Positions 1 to 14,032 of a stretch of 64,000 nt of DNA are shown in pieces. Position 1 is the first letter of the stretch; each line of letters opens with the position of its first letter. Made by a program: the position numbers and the translations under genes. The notes under the pieces are model-generated. The model was not told where the DNA came from and made no database searches. It was given only the letters and a program-made list of their open reading frames with translations. Location: contig OX597824.1 of NCBI GenBank assembly GCA_951406725.2, positions 64,170,001 to 64,234,000 of the forward strand. Direction: 5' to 3'. This DNA is from Octopus vulgaris. Its lineage: Eukaryota.

Positions 1-102
1 CACTAAGTTATAGGGATGCAAACACACCAACAGTTGTCAAGCAGTGGTGAAATAGACAAAGAAAGAAAGAAAGAAACCTACACACACACACACACACACA
101 CA

Positions 103-973
103 CACAGGGTGCAGTGAATAAATTGTCATCTAAATTACACAAAAATTAAAATAACACTGACATCTCATTTTAACAGATATATTTACCAAAATTACATAAA
201 AATATCTTGAAATACTAAAGAGTAAATTTATTCAATAAAATCGCCATTGGTTTTCAACCATGACCTCCAGACAACATCGGAATCTCCTGCAAATCTTCTG
301 GACAGTCTCCTTGTTTAAGTTGGTGAACTCTGCCATTAGCCTTGCCCTCAGTTCATCTTTGGCGTTACAAGGAGTTCTGTTGGTCTCTCATTCAACTGCA
401 CCACACACATAATAATCAAGGGGAGTTAGGTGGGAGATAGGTCTGGGGAGTTAGGTGGCCAGATGTTAGGGGCGATGTGGTTGCAGAAATTGTCTGACAG
501 CCATGACTGGATTCTCCTGCTTGTGTGGCATGGTGCAGAGTCCTGTTGCCAGACATAGAGCCTTCCAGCAGCCACCCTCTTGACCCAGGGCGGTACTACC
601 TCCTCCAGGCACTTGATGTTGAATCTGAGGCCGTGTGGGAAGATGAATTGAGGAATAACATCACCATCATTAGTGGTCATTCCAAACACCATGACATTGA
701 CTGGATATTTGATTTTTATCATTCTTGATACATGTCCTCAGATTGATACCCAAAACTATGAAATGTTCATATTGGAGCTTCTGGCACGAATGCCAAGCAG
801 TACAGCATTTCATTTCCAAATTTCTGGTAGAATGAATTGTCTCATGGTGCTATTTTTCTCACAGATGGTGCCCAACTGACTTTACTATACTGTGTAGTTG
901 ACAAAATCAAAACAATGTACATGCGCGAAATTAAAAATAAAAAATGGTGACAATTTACCCATTGCACCCTCTG
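103..973 (-). mobile_element. Internally deleted Tc1/mariner-superfamily transposon, maT (DD37D)-type
   Basis: Imperfect ~28 bp TIRs: cacagggtgcagtgaataaattgtcatc (103-130) and ggtgacaatttacccattgcaccctctg (946-973). ORF 426-722(-) has QQDSAPCH...WPPNSPDL and continues after a small duplication/frameshift as PLDYYVCG. Reconstructed spacing is 37 residues between the 2nd and 3rd catalytic Asp. Confidence 0.85.
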
Positions 974-979
974 TGTGTG

Positions 980-1067
<88 letters not shown>

Positions 1068-1218
1068 CATACATACATACATACATACATACACATGAGT
1101 AAGCACACAAATTCAAAACAAAGTGGAAAAAAACAGCCCTCAAATATCAAAGGTAGAGTAATATGCTTTTTTATTAAAGCTGCAAAAACATTACAACTGT
1201 ACCATCACATTCGTTATC

Positions 1219-1254
1219 AACTGCCTGATGAATGTGAAACTCTGAGTAGCAGTT
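1219..1254 (+). ncRNA. Minimal type I hammerhead-ribozyme-like motif with collapsed stem II, inside a 29-bp-arm fold-back (1167-1287)
   Basis: aactgc-CTGATGA-atgt-GAAA-ctctgag-TA-gcagtt: perfect 6-bp stem I, intact core, GUA triplet. Perfect flanking inverted arms at 1167-1195 and 1259-1287. Confidence 0.65.
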
Positions 1255-1344
1255 TTTCTGTAATGTTTTTGCAGCTTTAATAAAAAAAAGTATGTGTGAG
1301 TGTATATGTATATATATATATATATAAATATACACACACATATA

Positions 1345-1500
1345 TATATGACAGGCTTCTTTCAGTATCTGTCTACCAAATCCACTAACAACGCATTGGC
1401 TGGCCTGAGACTGTAATAGAAAACACTTGACGCAGGTGCTATGCAGTGGGACTGAACCCAGAACCATGTGGTTGGGAAAAAAGCTTCTTACCACCCCGCC
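1345..1500 (-). mobile_element. tRNA/CORE-type SINE (family A) head; its 3' part is at 1-55
   Basis: Reverse complement of the head of the intact copy at 25454 (B-box gggttcagtccc). The maT element and the fold-back separate it from its tail. Confidence 0.8.
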
Positions 1501-2428
1501 AATATATTTCATTAAAAGCAACAAAACAAAGAAAAATAACAAGTGCTTTTCAAATGAAGTCTTGGCAATATTTGATCCATACTGAGTTTCAAACACTTCT
1601 TTGTCATTCTCTCTCTCTCGGAAATACAGTGAACCAGTGATTGGTTCATTGCAAACTGGTAACCAATTGTGATGCATATATAAACAAAGAAAAAACACTT
1701 TACTATTATTTTGCAATCTCTCTCTCTCTCTCTCACTCCCCTAATTAGTTAATTCCTAATTAGTGTAATGGATTTCTATCATGCTATTAATATAATTTAT
1801 CACCTGTTCAGCAAGGTGAGTTGTGTTGGTTGAGGTAGAATAAGTTACCATCATTAATGAAGCCCTTCATTAAAAATGGCTCTACTCAAAATGGTGATGA
1901 TTTCTTCTCCTCCTGACATATATATTTCATTTTCCGTTTCTTATTGAACTGTTGTTGCAGTTGTTGTTGCTGTTATTATTGTTGTGCTCATTGTTATTTT
2001 TTGCTTTTGTCATGGTTGTTATTATTCAGTTTGTTATTGTTGATGGTGGTGCAATTGTTGCTATTGTTAAGCTCCAATCCAACTTCAGCTCTGACTGTCC
2101 ACACATATATTTATGATTATTCCAAGCTTGACCAACCTCATCTTACTTTTTAGAAGGATTAGTACACCTAAGACTACATCAGCTGATGTAACCATTAAAA
2201 AATTCTTTTAAGACCATAGGACGTGATAAGAGAGTATTTGACTGCTATTTTCAAACAGGGTTAAACACAATATATCAAGCAAAAGTCAATCTTAAAGCTT
2301 TTAAAATATATTTTAAACACATCTTAAAAAAAGGAGAGACAGAACCCATGACTGCTGCAAACCATCCTACACTGGTGAGATTACAATGGCTGATGTTCAC
2401 TTAATATGTTCTGGTAAAAATTAGTGTT

Positions 2429-2629
2429 TTAACCCTTTAGCATTTAAACCGGACATATCTGACCTAAATATTCTATCCATTTGAAATTCAAACTGGCCAT
2501 GTCAATCTAAAAATAAACAATTACCTCATTGAAACCTCAAAGCTATGAGATAATGCTTGATTAATACAAAACATATATGAATACATAAGCATTACATTTA
2601 ACAGAGTAATCTGAACACTAGAGGGTTAA
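2429..2629. mobile_element. piggyBac-like MITE (family 1)
   Basis: TTAA|ccctttagcatt...aacactagaggg|TTAA. Related copies at 4459-4664 and, inverted, at 14091-14358. Confidence 0.75.
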
Positions 2630-2709
2630 GGAAAAGTATGTTTATTCTAATGGGTAGCCCTCTTGAAGTGTTTAATGGGAAACCAGGGAGACAAGACAGT
2701 AACAGTAGA

Positions 2710-3100
2710 GGAAGGAGAGGTGTATGGCTTCAGTAGTACCCCTAGGTAGAGAGGATATGGAGTAAACCTGGATGGAGTGGATCAAGAGGGTTTATAAGAA
2801 GTCTTGCAGGAGAGGGTATATAGGTGACCTGGATAGAGAAGATATATAGCTTGCTAGCATAGAAAGGGTATGTAGCAAGCTAGCATGTAGGGTACGCAGT
2901 TAGTCTGAAATGAGAGGGTATAGAGTCTGGAAGAAAAGAGTAAGTAGCAAGCTGGGAGAGAGTATATAGCTATCTAGCATGGATAGGGGGTGTAATTGGC
3001 CAGAGAAAAGGTATATAGCTAGCTAGCATGGAAAGGATATATAATTAGCCTGGGTGAAGATGGTATATAGCAAGTCTGGGTAGAATGAGTGTGTAACCAG
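2710..3100. repeat. Degenerate purine-rich minisatellite (~25-30 bp unit)
   Basis: Recurrent gagggtatatagc(a/t)agctagcat-like units. Confidence 0.55.
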
Positions 3101-3222
3101 CAAAGGTCAAATCTGAAGATGTTAAGCCCAACAGACAGAATATATGCAAGAGAACACATGAATGTATGTCATCCAAGAATATCTTTACACAAAGGAAAGG
3201 AGAAAAGAAACCATGTACTTAC

Positions 3223-3269
3223 TTGTAATTAAAATAGTTCATGTCTAAATCTGGAACACCAACGGGCAT
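3223..3269 (-). CDS. Candidate first coding exon of an unidentified host gene (exon 3223-3294; MPVGVPDLDMNYFNY...)
   Basis: Minus strand reads ctttgtatttttAG| 25 nt containing an in-frame upstream TAA, then ATG CCC GTT GGT GTT CCA GAT TTA GAC ATG AAC TAT TTT AAT TAC AA|GTAAGT. Canonical acceptor and consensus donor in non-repetitive sequence. Confidence 0.5.
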
Positions 3270-4458
3270 GCTTCAATAAAATTATTTCAATTTTCTAAAA
3301 ATACAAAGAAAACTATATAAGAACTTGCAAAAGAATTGGAACTGAGATAATGATGACGATGATGATGAGGAGGATGATGATGATAGTAATAAAGGTTTCT
3401 ATTTTTGGCAGATGGCCAACAATTTTAGTGGAGACAATGTTTGTCTGGGTTAGTTGATTAAAATGACAAAGTGATTTAATCTGAGATGTTAAAACTGAAG
3501 CAATTCAAACATAAAAGAATCATTTTAGCAATCTAAAAACCTACGAAAACAGTTAAATTCATTTTACATTTACTCTTTGGGGTGTCATAATCAACATTTC
3601 CATCATATCACTATTACTTACTCATAGATACAGTTTCATACTCTACAGAAAAATGCCAATGAAATTCGACTATATACATCAACCCTGGTAAAACAGAATC
3701 ATGTCCAATAAGTTCACTGTCATCAATCTACCACATGGAAAATTCACCATCATCAATTCACTATTTTTTTTTACTATGAATATATTTTATTCAGTAAACT
3801 TTCTTCACAGTGAACTTTCCTCCTAATGAATTGATGGCAATGAACTTCCCCTGCGGTGAATTGGTGGCGGTGGTGCTAGTGGTGATGGGCTTACCTGTAA
3901 TCAAACAGAATATATGTCTTACAATCAGGATGGACTTGAAAGCTTACAATCTCTAAATGAAGAAGGAATAAAGAAAAAGAGAACTACAAATGCCTTAGAA
4001 GTCATATCCCCAAATCGAAGAGAGATATGGAAATCAGGAACAGTTAAGTATGGAGAGCACGTAACTGTTTGGATAAGATATGGAAATCTAATCAAATTTG
4101 TGAAAATTTTAAATAGACTTCTTCAGAACTGATTGCTGAACCAATTTTAGTTTATGCTTTGATAATCTGGACAGTTAAAGCTTATATAAAGAAAACTCTA
4201 AATGGCATGTACACCTGAATGCTCAGTGCTGTTCTAAGTATTTCATGGCAATACATGACTAACAAAGAGCTATACCATGACATCCTATATATCAGAGACA
4301 ATATAAAAGCACCAGCTGAGGTTTGTTGGTCATTGCTGGCACAACATGTAGGAATTAATAGCTGAAGTTATTCTGGTAAACAGGGAAGACATAGTCTAGC
4401 AAAAATCTACATTAATTAACTTAATTGCAAGAAGACATGCAATGCACTATCCAAGAGA

Positions 4459-4664
4459 TTAACTCTTTAATATTTAAACTGGCCATATCAAGCCCAAAAT
4501 ATTCCGCCTGGTTTATGCTCAAACTGGCCTCTTACACCTACCTTACAATGTTATTTTTAAAATAAACAATTACATTAAATCACAAAGCTACAAGACTTCA
4601 AAACAATAATTTAAAAAATGAGCATTACATTTGATGGAACAATCTGAATGCTAAAGAGTTTTAA
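4459..4664. mobile_element. piggyBac-like MITE (family 1), diverged copy
   Basis: ttaa|ctctttaatatttaaactggcc...aatctgaatgctaaagag; colinear with 2429-2629. Confidence 0.65.
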
Positions 4665-5709
4665 CAGAAGTCAGAGAGGAATTGAAGACATTTGTCAAGA
4701 ATGCTGAGAAATTCTCAATCCAGTAATCAATAGCTACTAAAACTTGTTCAATTCATTTTTGGAATGGAACTATTCATCCGTGAACTAGTTACAGTGGTGC
4801 AAAGAAATTCTTGATTTTGATGTTTCAAAAAAATACACATTGCTCTTCCATTAGTGCAATTTAAATTACTTTTTTGGTCTTAAGGCTACAGCTATAAGTG
4901 CAAGCATGGTGCAGTTAAGTAGTTCACTTCCAAACCATATGGTCTCAGGGTCAGTTCTACAGTGAGGCACTTTAGACATGTCTCCTACTACAGCCCAAAG
5001 CCAACCAAAGTCTTGTAAATGGATTTGATAAACAGAAACTGGAAGAAGCTCGTTGTGTGTGTGTGTGTGTGTGTGTGTGTGAGCACAAGAGAAAAATAGA
5101 GTGTGTGTGTGTGTGAGCATCTTGTCCTGTTATTACATTTTGCTTGTAAGCAAATATCAGTCATACAAGCAATGTCATTCGTTTCCAGTCTTCTGTGCAA
5201 ACACTCCTGGCTATAGAAAATCTGCTTTGACAAATTAAGTCTGACACATGCAATGATGATGATGATGATGAAGTTTAAACGTTTTTTTTTTTCTTTTTTC
5301 TTTTTCATGTTTTTAGACATTTTGTCAGCAGATGGTTTCAAATCACTCACAGATAAGGGGCTTCCTATCACTACTAGAAATAGCAGTCAATTCTCTAAAA
5401 GCCATACCCTACCATCACCATCATTTTACACCCACTTTTTTTTTTCTATGCTACTATGGGTTGGATGAAACATATTGATGCAGAGTTCTATGTTTGGAAG
5501 CCCTTCCTGACACTGGCCCTCATTAGTATTTCAAGTAAGATTCTTTATGTCAAATATCTGTACACTGAACTACTGCACGACATTTTCATTGACCAAATTT
5601 CACTCACAAAGTATTTGTCAGTCAAAGGTTATAGTAAAAGACACTTGCCCAAGAGGCCAAACCATGGGATTGAACAAGGAACTACATGGTTGTAAATCAA
5701 ACATTTTAG

Positions 5710-6667
5710 CCCTTTAAGGTTGGGTATTGATAGCAATACTTTTCCTGCAGGAAACAAAAAAAAAATGAAAAAATTCAAGATTTTAAAATTAAATTTCAAT
5801 TACTACTTATGATTATATTTCACTAATTCTAGCATGTATGGAACTCATAAAAGCATGCACCTAACTAGAGACTCACTTTGCACTCATGACACCAAGTTGT
5901 CACATAGCTTGCTTTCTGTTCCCTTTTGGTCATGGATGAGCAAACAGCACACCTGTTTTGGCCTTTTTTTTTTTGTTCCTGTACTTGGGACATGATCAGG
6001 ATAGTGTCTTTCTATGAAAGAAAGTGTCATTAGTCTGCCAATGGTGACACTTGCCGATCTTCTTTATGCTGTATTTGTGAGTTTACTATATTTGGCAAGC
6101 AAGTGGCATACTGTTTCTCTATGGAAATCTTCAAACATCATGTGGTTACCAGTTTTCACAAAGTACATATTATAAGAATTCGGTATGACAACATCCATAA
6201 TGTGAAAAAATAATTTTTTATGCCATTTTACACTTTTCCTATCACACTCAAGCATTGCCAGCTGCAGGTTTGCTTTATCAACTAGGCACATGTCGGTCAT
6301 AATAATCAATAATACAGTCAGGCTTCTTCACAACTGCCTTGGTTTTATAATTTACTTTAGAACTGTTTACTCTCTCTTCTTCGCAGAAAGTTGTGATCAT
6401 TGTCACATCGCACTTATTATGCCAATGTAATGTAACAGGGTTTCCACACTTGCTTCTCTCAATGTCACCCCAGCTTCTTCAATTTGGAAAACTTTGCACG
6501 GTTTTCCTGTTTTCCCTGAGAGTTCCACAAGTTCCAGCTTATAACACAAATGTGGCTTATATACCACACCCATCTTCTTCACAATTTAGTAGTTTGTGAA
6601 GAAGCCACACCCGTCTTCTACAGAGGAAAGCATGCTGTGTTAATAAGCCACACCCAACCTTAAAGGG
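5710..6667 (-). mobile_element. Internally deleted piggyBac transposon remnant
   Basis: TIRs ccctttaaggttgggt (5710) and acccaaccttaaaggg (6652-6667). ORF 6064-6309(-) RKSVKWHKKLFFHIMDVVIPNSYNMY matches the piggyBac transposase C-terminal core, and a Cys-rich tail follows (RCAVC...CHEC). Confidence 0.85.
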
Positions 6668-7361
6668 CTGTCGTGCTGTCTTTAGAATAAAATGAAGACG
6701 AAATTTTCAATAATATAATCTGTGATACACTGTGTTAAAAAAGGGGTGGGGGAAGATGAGATGCCCACAGATGTTAAGCTTTTTGACTATATGCCTACTT
6801 GACCTAAGCTCAACAACATCTGGTCTTTGAGTGCTTAATAAAGTCCAGTATGGTAAGGAAGAGAGAGAGAGAGAAAGAGAGAGAACCTGAAAAGATTATG
6901 AAGCATTGATTACACCTTCCTCTTTCGATTAACCTATTTAAAAAACAAATAGAGCACTGGGCTACAATCACAATATGTCATATAAGCATATGGCTAATAG
7001 CTGACCAACATAAGTAGATACAGAAAATGATTTCACAATATCAACTGAAAAACATGTGAACACTAGGTATGACAACAATAAGCTGTGTTTGGAATCCCAA
7101 GTCACACATTATTCTTGTACCAGGCTCCTGGTACTAAGAACAATATGTTGACTGATTACACTAAAAGAAATCAATAGTCTCTTGAGAAGGAATCAGTTTC
7201 ATTTGGTTGATTTGTCTTCAATAAACTACTGTAAGATAAATTCTTCAGTGATGATGGATTAAACTGACTGTTTTGATGTTGGTATTTCTATTTTTATATT
7301 TGTGAAAACCAGGAATATCTAAAAAAATAAATAAATAAATGCACACAATAAGGCCAGCATC

Positions 7362-7735
7362 ACTTTATCTTTTATTTGTTTCAGTCATATGACTGCAGCC
7401 ATGCTGGGGCACTGCTTTGAAGGGTTTTATTTGAACAAATTGACCCCAGTACTTATTTTTTAAAGCCTACAACTTATTCTATTGGTGTCTTTTGCTGAAC
7501 TGCTAAGTTACAGGGACATAAACACACCAACACCGGCTGCCAAGCAGTGGTAGGGGACAAACACAGACACTATATATATATATATGACGGGCTTCAGTTT
7601 CCATCTCCCATATCCATTCACAATGCTTTGGTCAGCCAGAGGCTATAGTAGAAAACACTTGCCCTAGGTACCACACAGTGGGACTGAACCCAGAGTCATG
7701 TGGTTGAGAAGCAAGCTTCTTACCACATAGCTACA
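7362..7735 (-). mobile_element. SINE family A, full length
   Basis: Complete reverse complement of the 25454-25860 copy, including the internal (TA)n. Confidence 0.8.
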
Positions 7736-7807
7736 CCATGCCTTTGCATGCATATAATACAAGGGTGTATTGAACTATCTTATGATTTTGTACAATATAC
7801 ATATGTG

Positions 7808-8000
7808 ATCATCATCATCATCATTTAATGTCCATTTTCCATGCTGGCAAGGGTTGGACAGATGGACACAAGCTGGCCAACCAGAGAGCTGCATCAGGCT
7901 CCAGTTGTCTGTTTCGGCATGGTTTACTATGACTGGATGACCTTTCTGACACCAACCACTTTACACAGTGTACTGGATGCTTTTTACATGGCAACAACAC
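7808..8000 (-). mobile_element. RTE 3'-end-derived repeat with (GAT)n tail (family B). Further copies near 8677, 9160, 23188, 25870, 29385, 30770, 36714, 46630, 47481.
   Basis: catcatcat..ttaacgtcc..ttccatgct..ctggatgcccttcctaa motif. The same motifs are contiguous with the RTE ORF at 38186-38620. Confidence 0.75.
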
Positions 8001-9643
8001 AGGTGTTGTATATATGGCACCAGCATGGGTGCTTTATACATGGTACACACACACACACACACATATATATACATGCAAACACACAAACACATCACACACA
8101 CAACCATGTAAAAATACACTTTCATTTATACATACATACTTCCACATAAGTAGCAGGTATGTGTGAGTACATACAAATGGAAAATGAATGTTAAATGATA
8201 ATAATGATGATGTATGAATATACATATGGGTATGACATGTATATACATGTGGGCATCCAGTGGCAAGGGTTCAGTTTGAGACTTCTGGATTTGTAGAGAG
8301 TATCAAGTCACCTTTAATTACCATGGCTCACAAGTTTATTCTGACCAAGAATACTACCTGTCAGGGTCCCATCTATTGGTTAGATAGATTTTAGTAAGGG
8401 TAGCTTCAGCTCCTTAGTTGCAGAGAAAGTAATCAATCTAGAAGGAAAACTCCAAAATTAATACCAACTTCCAACATGTTCTAAGCCAGCATGGAACAGT
8501 ATGGCTAATAATACTAACATGAGGTATGTCCAATAACATTGATTCATACTATGGAGGGAACTATTCTTCATAAGCCTAGTACTTATGTTAATGTACATTC
8601 TGCCACATATATACACATACATGTACATACACAAAATATATGCAAAATATCTACATAAATAAATACAATTATATGTATCATCATCATCATCATCATCGTT
8701 TAACGTCCGTTCTCCATGCTAGCATGGGTTGGACGGTTCGACCGGGGTTCTGGGAAGCCAGAAGGCTGCACCAGGCTCCAGTCTAATCTGGCAATGTTTT
8801 GGAGCACCGCCTTTCGTTGAACAAATCAACCCCAGGACTTATTCTTCATAAGCCTAGTACTTATTCTATCAGTCTCTTTTGCCAAGCCACTAAGTTACAG
8901 GGACGTAAACACATCAATATCGGTTGTCAAGCGATGGTGGTGGGGATTAAACACAGACACACAAGCACACACACACATGTATATATATATATATATATAT
9001 AGAATGGGCTTCTTTCAGTTTCCGCCTACCAAATCCACTCACAAGGCTTTAGTAGAAGACACTTGCCCAAAGTGCCGTGCAGCAGGACTGAAACCAGAAC
9101 CATGTGGTTGAGAAGCAACCACATGCTCTACTTTCAGATTCATGATTTACTGACAATATCATCATCATCAACATCAATTAATGTCCATTTTCGATGCTGG
9201 CATGGTTGGACAGTTTGACCAGGTAAGCTGAGGGGCTGCACCAAACTCCATGGTATGGTTTCTACAGCTGGATGCCCCTTCCTAACACCAACTGCTCCAA
9301 GAGTGTAATGGATACTTTTATGTGCCACCAGTACAGGTTCCAGTTGCATGACACCAGTATCTGCCACAACTATAATTTCACTTGGCTTGATGGGTCTTCT
9401 ACTCAAGCACAGCATATTGCCAAAGGTCATGGTCATTTGTCATTACCTCTGTGAGGCCCAACACTTGAAAGGTGCTTTTTATGTGCTGCTAAAGACATAT
9501 CCACAACATTACAGGTATAAAAAAAAACAATACAATAAACAGTAGAAGGCAATTAACTTTAGCTTTTAAGGAAGAACCATTAAGAGAGTTCGATATTTTG
9601 AGTGATGGGTAGAATAGAATAGTGTTTTTAGCCAAAAGTGCTC

Positions 9644-9680
<37 letters not shown>

Positions 9681-10727
9681 AGGAAAATAATGAGCAAGAG
9701 GGAAATGAAGTATGAGAAGTGAGTGTATGTATAAATACATACCTGCTATATAAATGTGGGTGTATGTGGTTTATGTATGTGTATTTAGCCCTGAAAGGCT
9801 CTGAAACAGTGTATCCCCAAGAAAAACGAATTTGATTTTCAAAATTTACCACACACTGTCTCAATTTCTGAAAATCACTCATGCTGAGAGTGTGTGTCAG
9901 GAGTTTCACCTGGTCATCAATGATGCGTGTGTGTGTCAGGAGTTTCACCTAGTTAACAAAGTAAGAAGACCCTCACAAAGCATCAGCAACAAGATAAGAA
10001 AAATCTGGCTTGGAATAAAAAAAAAATTGAAATAAAGGTATTCTATTGTCAAAATTGCCCAATGACGGACTACTCAGATATATATATGAGAAAGAGGGAA
10101 AGATATATATACATTTATATATATATTGAATGATAGACAGACAGGTTGATAATCCTTCATCTAAACTCTGTACAGCTGGAAGTATTTCAAATTACAGAAT
10201 GACTATATTTGTACTTAAAAAATGGCACATCTTGGAGACAGGACCCATTAACATCTTTCCATCACTCACAGCATAGAACTGCAATAATTTGTCGTTCTGT
10301 TTCTTAATGCTGTATATGGTGGTTCTTTCAATACCAATCTCCATTGTTAGGTATTTCACACAGTCAAGATTTTCCCTGCACCTTAACTTTTGCTTTATTC
10401 ATAATCATAGAAGCTTCCAATCTTTTTCCTTTCCACTGTTATCCACAGGAATATCATCAAGGTATATTGATTAATACCCGGAAATTTATGACTTGTAGTA
10501 CCAACTAATATCACAGGTATTAATATAAACTCTAACCCACTTATTGTGGACTTTTGTTTAAAGCCCTCAATAGAAAACATATCACATGTTTATATGAATA
10601 TATATATGTTTGTGTATAATTATTATAATTATATAAAAAGAATAATACAAACTTCTGCAATAATACTACCTTCTCAATACATGTTATACATATGTACCTA
10701 TGGGTATGTTTGTACGTAAAATATGTA

Positions 10728-10790
<63 letters not shown>

Positions 10791-11106
10791 ATGTGTATAT
10801 ATTTATGTATTCCTCATGTATATACCTTTTCATTCCTACATAACTACAATAATCTTAAGATACATTGATTTTTTAAATTCACTATCATTTCTCTTTTAAT
10901 AACTTTCTCTTACCTCTGTTTATGCTTTATCTAATAAGAATAATATAATACACCTAATAATAATAATTGATTCCTTTGTATGCATATACATATACATTTT
11001 AATATATATATGTGTTTATGTATATTTATGTATATGTGTGTATATGTAAAAGTATGTATATGTGTATGTATTTATATTTATAACTTAACATTATGAACTT
11101 TCTAAA

Positions 11107-11230
11107 CTCTCTGATGAAGCCCAGAGGCACACCCAAGTACTTTAATCTTATCTACCAAATACTTCAGTCTACTGGAGGGATAAAAGTAGAATGGTGTACT
11201 ATGGCCTCTTGGCTGAAACAACTGTAAGAT
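11107..11230 (+). ncRNA. Type I hammerhead-like motif with a long stem II insertion
   Basis: tct-CTGATGA-agcccagaggc...gcctcttggct-GAAA-caactg-TA-aga. Stem II closes with 10 of 11 bp. Confidence 0.65.
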
Positions 11231-11399
11231 ATTATCCTACTTTCTATGTTCTACATTATATATTTTAATAAATACAGGTATTTTTCGTTTTGGGATTTGG
11301 TTTGCAAGATTCTTTATATGAGTTTGTGTGTTGAAGCATATCCTGTTGTGTCTGGGGAGAGTCATTTTCTTTTTGTGCTTTATAATGTAACACACTTGG

Positions 11400-11515
11400 G
11401 TCAACTTGGCATCCGTATCTTATCCAAGCACCCAAAGGACCCAATACTCAGACAAATACGGGAGTATGTCCTTATAAATGAAACCTCCCCAATACTCAAT
11501 AGGAAATATACATAG
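11400..11515 (+). mobile_element. Probable 3' end of a Penelope-like GIY-YIG endonuclease ORF
   Basis: IRILSKHPKDPILRQIREYVLINETSPILNRK resembles the GIY-YIG C-terminal R..E...I....P.LN motif. It lies next to the hammerhead motif and an inverted 30-bp repeat (11345 vs ~12150-12180). Confidence 0.45.
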
Positions 11516-12320
11516 TAGACATCATACCTCCATACCCACAGTTTACACAGGTAGAGTAGAATAGTTAGTGGACTGTTATGTAGATAGATATATGTGTGAG
11601 TGTGTGTGTATACACTTTTTTTTGTATGTATGTAAGCATATAGATATGAAAATAAACAGATCAACATACAGACGGATAGGTACATAGGTTATATGAACAG
11701 ACGAGCACACATATGCAATTGGAGACTGAAACAGATGACCATATAAACACACACACTTTACTCCACACAAAGACACATATGGAGACACAGATCCACACAT
11801 ATAAAGATGCACATCCATATATACAAGCATGGTACATAGTTGCATAACGCACACACACAAGGAGACAGAGGTGCATACATATACAAACACATGCTCACAC
11901 ACACATACAAAGAAAATACACAAACACGGACATGCAAGCACATAAATATGCAGGATACATACATATATATACACACACATATATACATACATACATGCAT
12001 GCATGCATAGGCACACACATACATGCGCACAAACAAACAAAAAAGAAAGCAGTGTAAATAACAGAGTCAAGACTATTGAAAAGGTTGCAAGAGGCAACAA
12101 AAATTTTAGGAAAATAAAAATAAGAGGAAATTTTACCGGTGAATGTGTTACAAAAAGAAAATGACTCTCCCCAGACACAACTGGTATTTTTATATTTCCT
12201 ATATTATAGTTATATATGTATGTATATTGTTATAATTGTCTTCTTGAAAAATAAATAGACAATATAATGTCTAAAAGTTGATGAATACCACCTCTTGATC
12301 CCCTCCATTTTCTTATTGCC

Positions 12321-12388
<68 letters not shown>

Positions 12389-12402
12389 AACTTATATATA
12401 TA

Positions 12403-12447
<45 letters not shown>

Positions 12448-14032
12448 ATATATACATACACACAAACAAACAAACACACATATATAAATATATATACATA
12501 TATAACCTGTGCCCTTATGCTAGTATAATTATTTTATATTATAGAAACAGTTGAATGAAAGAGCAGAGAACTAGACTCAAATGTTTTAATCATCCTCATC
12601 ACTTTAACATTCATTTGCTTCTTTTCCATGTTTGCCTGGATTAAACTGATTTTCTATGGCCAGGTGCCATTCCTGTCATCAGCTCTCACATGTTTTCAAG
12701 CAAGATAATATTTCCCCATGGTAGGACATATTTTTTGCACAGAAGACTTGAAATGAATGATACTGCTTGTCTGATGGTGATACTTGTTTAGAACAAGCAC
12801 AGAATGTCAAAACAAGGAGACACATAGCCACACCCACATGCACAAACATAGATGTATGAGCGTTTGTGTTTATACGTGTTTGAGTTCATATTTCCCTCAT
12901 CATCATGTATCTGCTGGTTATAAACAACAGCCTCACTGTCATTTGTTGGATGATGTCATTTCTTTGCAGTCCACCATGGAAGCATGTCTGGGCTTCTTGA
13001 TTTATCTAGACAAGATGCAAAATTTCTGTGAACAAATATACCATTCATATGGTGTTATTTGTTTTTGTTCTCCTTATAAACAAGCATATCCAGGCTGTTT
13101 ATTGTTTGATAGATGGAGATATACTTGGAATACAGATTAGGGATCATAAGAAGGGCACCCAGTTGTAGAAAATTTTGAAACTACGTTTCATCTGATCCAT
13201 GCAAGCATGGAGAAATAGACACCAAAATGATGAAAATGATGATGTACCAGTACAGATTTGTTTCTTGTTTGTTAAGTATGCAGGACTTGAAGTCCCCTTA
13301 TGTTCTCTCCAGTAAACTGGTCAGCCAGCAAGAAGAGTGACCAGCCAATATACTTGGCTACAGAGTCAAGGACTTCCCAAGCCTCTCACCATTTTCTGCC
13401 AGTCCCAAAGAACCTATTTTCCCAGTAATGAGAGGTAAGGTTTGAACTCAGAATGCAAAGAGTCTAAACGGTTACTGCAAAGCATCTCCATCAATGTTCT
13501 AACATCTAACATTCTATCAATGTGCCATTTTAGAGTCTCCAAAAGGATGACAGGCAAAGTCAACCTATGCAGTATTTGAAGTCAGAGTGTAGAGGGCAGG
13601 AACAAATTCCACAAGGTGTTGTAGCCAATGTTCTAACAACTCCCCACCACCTCCAATTCACTATGGGTAGTAAATTGGGGTAAGTCAGATTAAATGGGGG
13701 GAGTCTTTTACAACAAAGTGTAATATGTACATTCATCTCTGTTTGACAATATTAATATTTGCTTTTTTTTATATCAAAAAAAAACTTTTAAGAAACTGAT
13801 AGTGAGCCATCACACTTCTAGTGCCTTTTTCAGTGTAACATGGATCAAAACAATTGGAAATCATTACTGAAGAGCAAACATACCATCACAAATTTAAGGT
13901 TAAACAAACAATAGACTCTCTCCTTACACAACACATTGGGTTTAGAGACACCAGCTCCTTTACAGATACATTAGATTCTATGTAAGTACCTGAGTTCCCT
14001 AACACTGTGTAGTACAATCCTTCAACTGGTCT

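Noticed and set aside
3914-4132. 72-aa ORF in non-repetitive sequence
   Set aside because: No recognisable motif or splice support.
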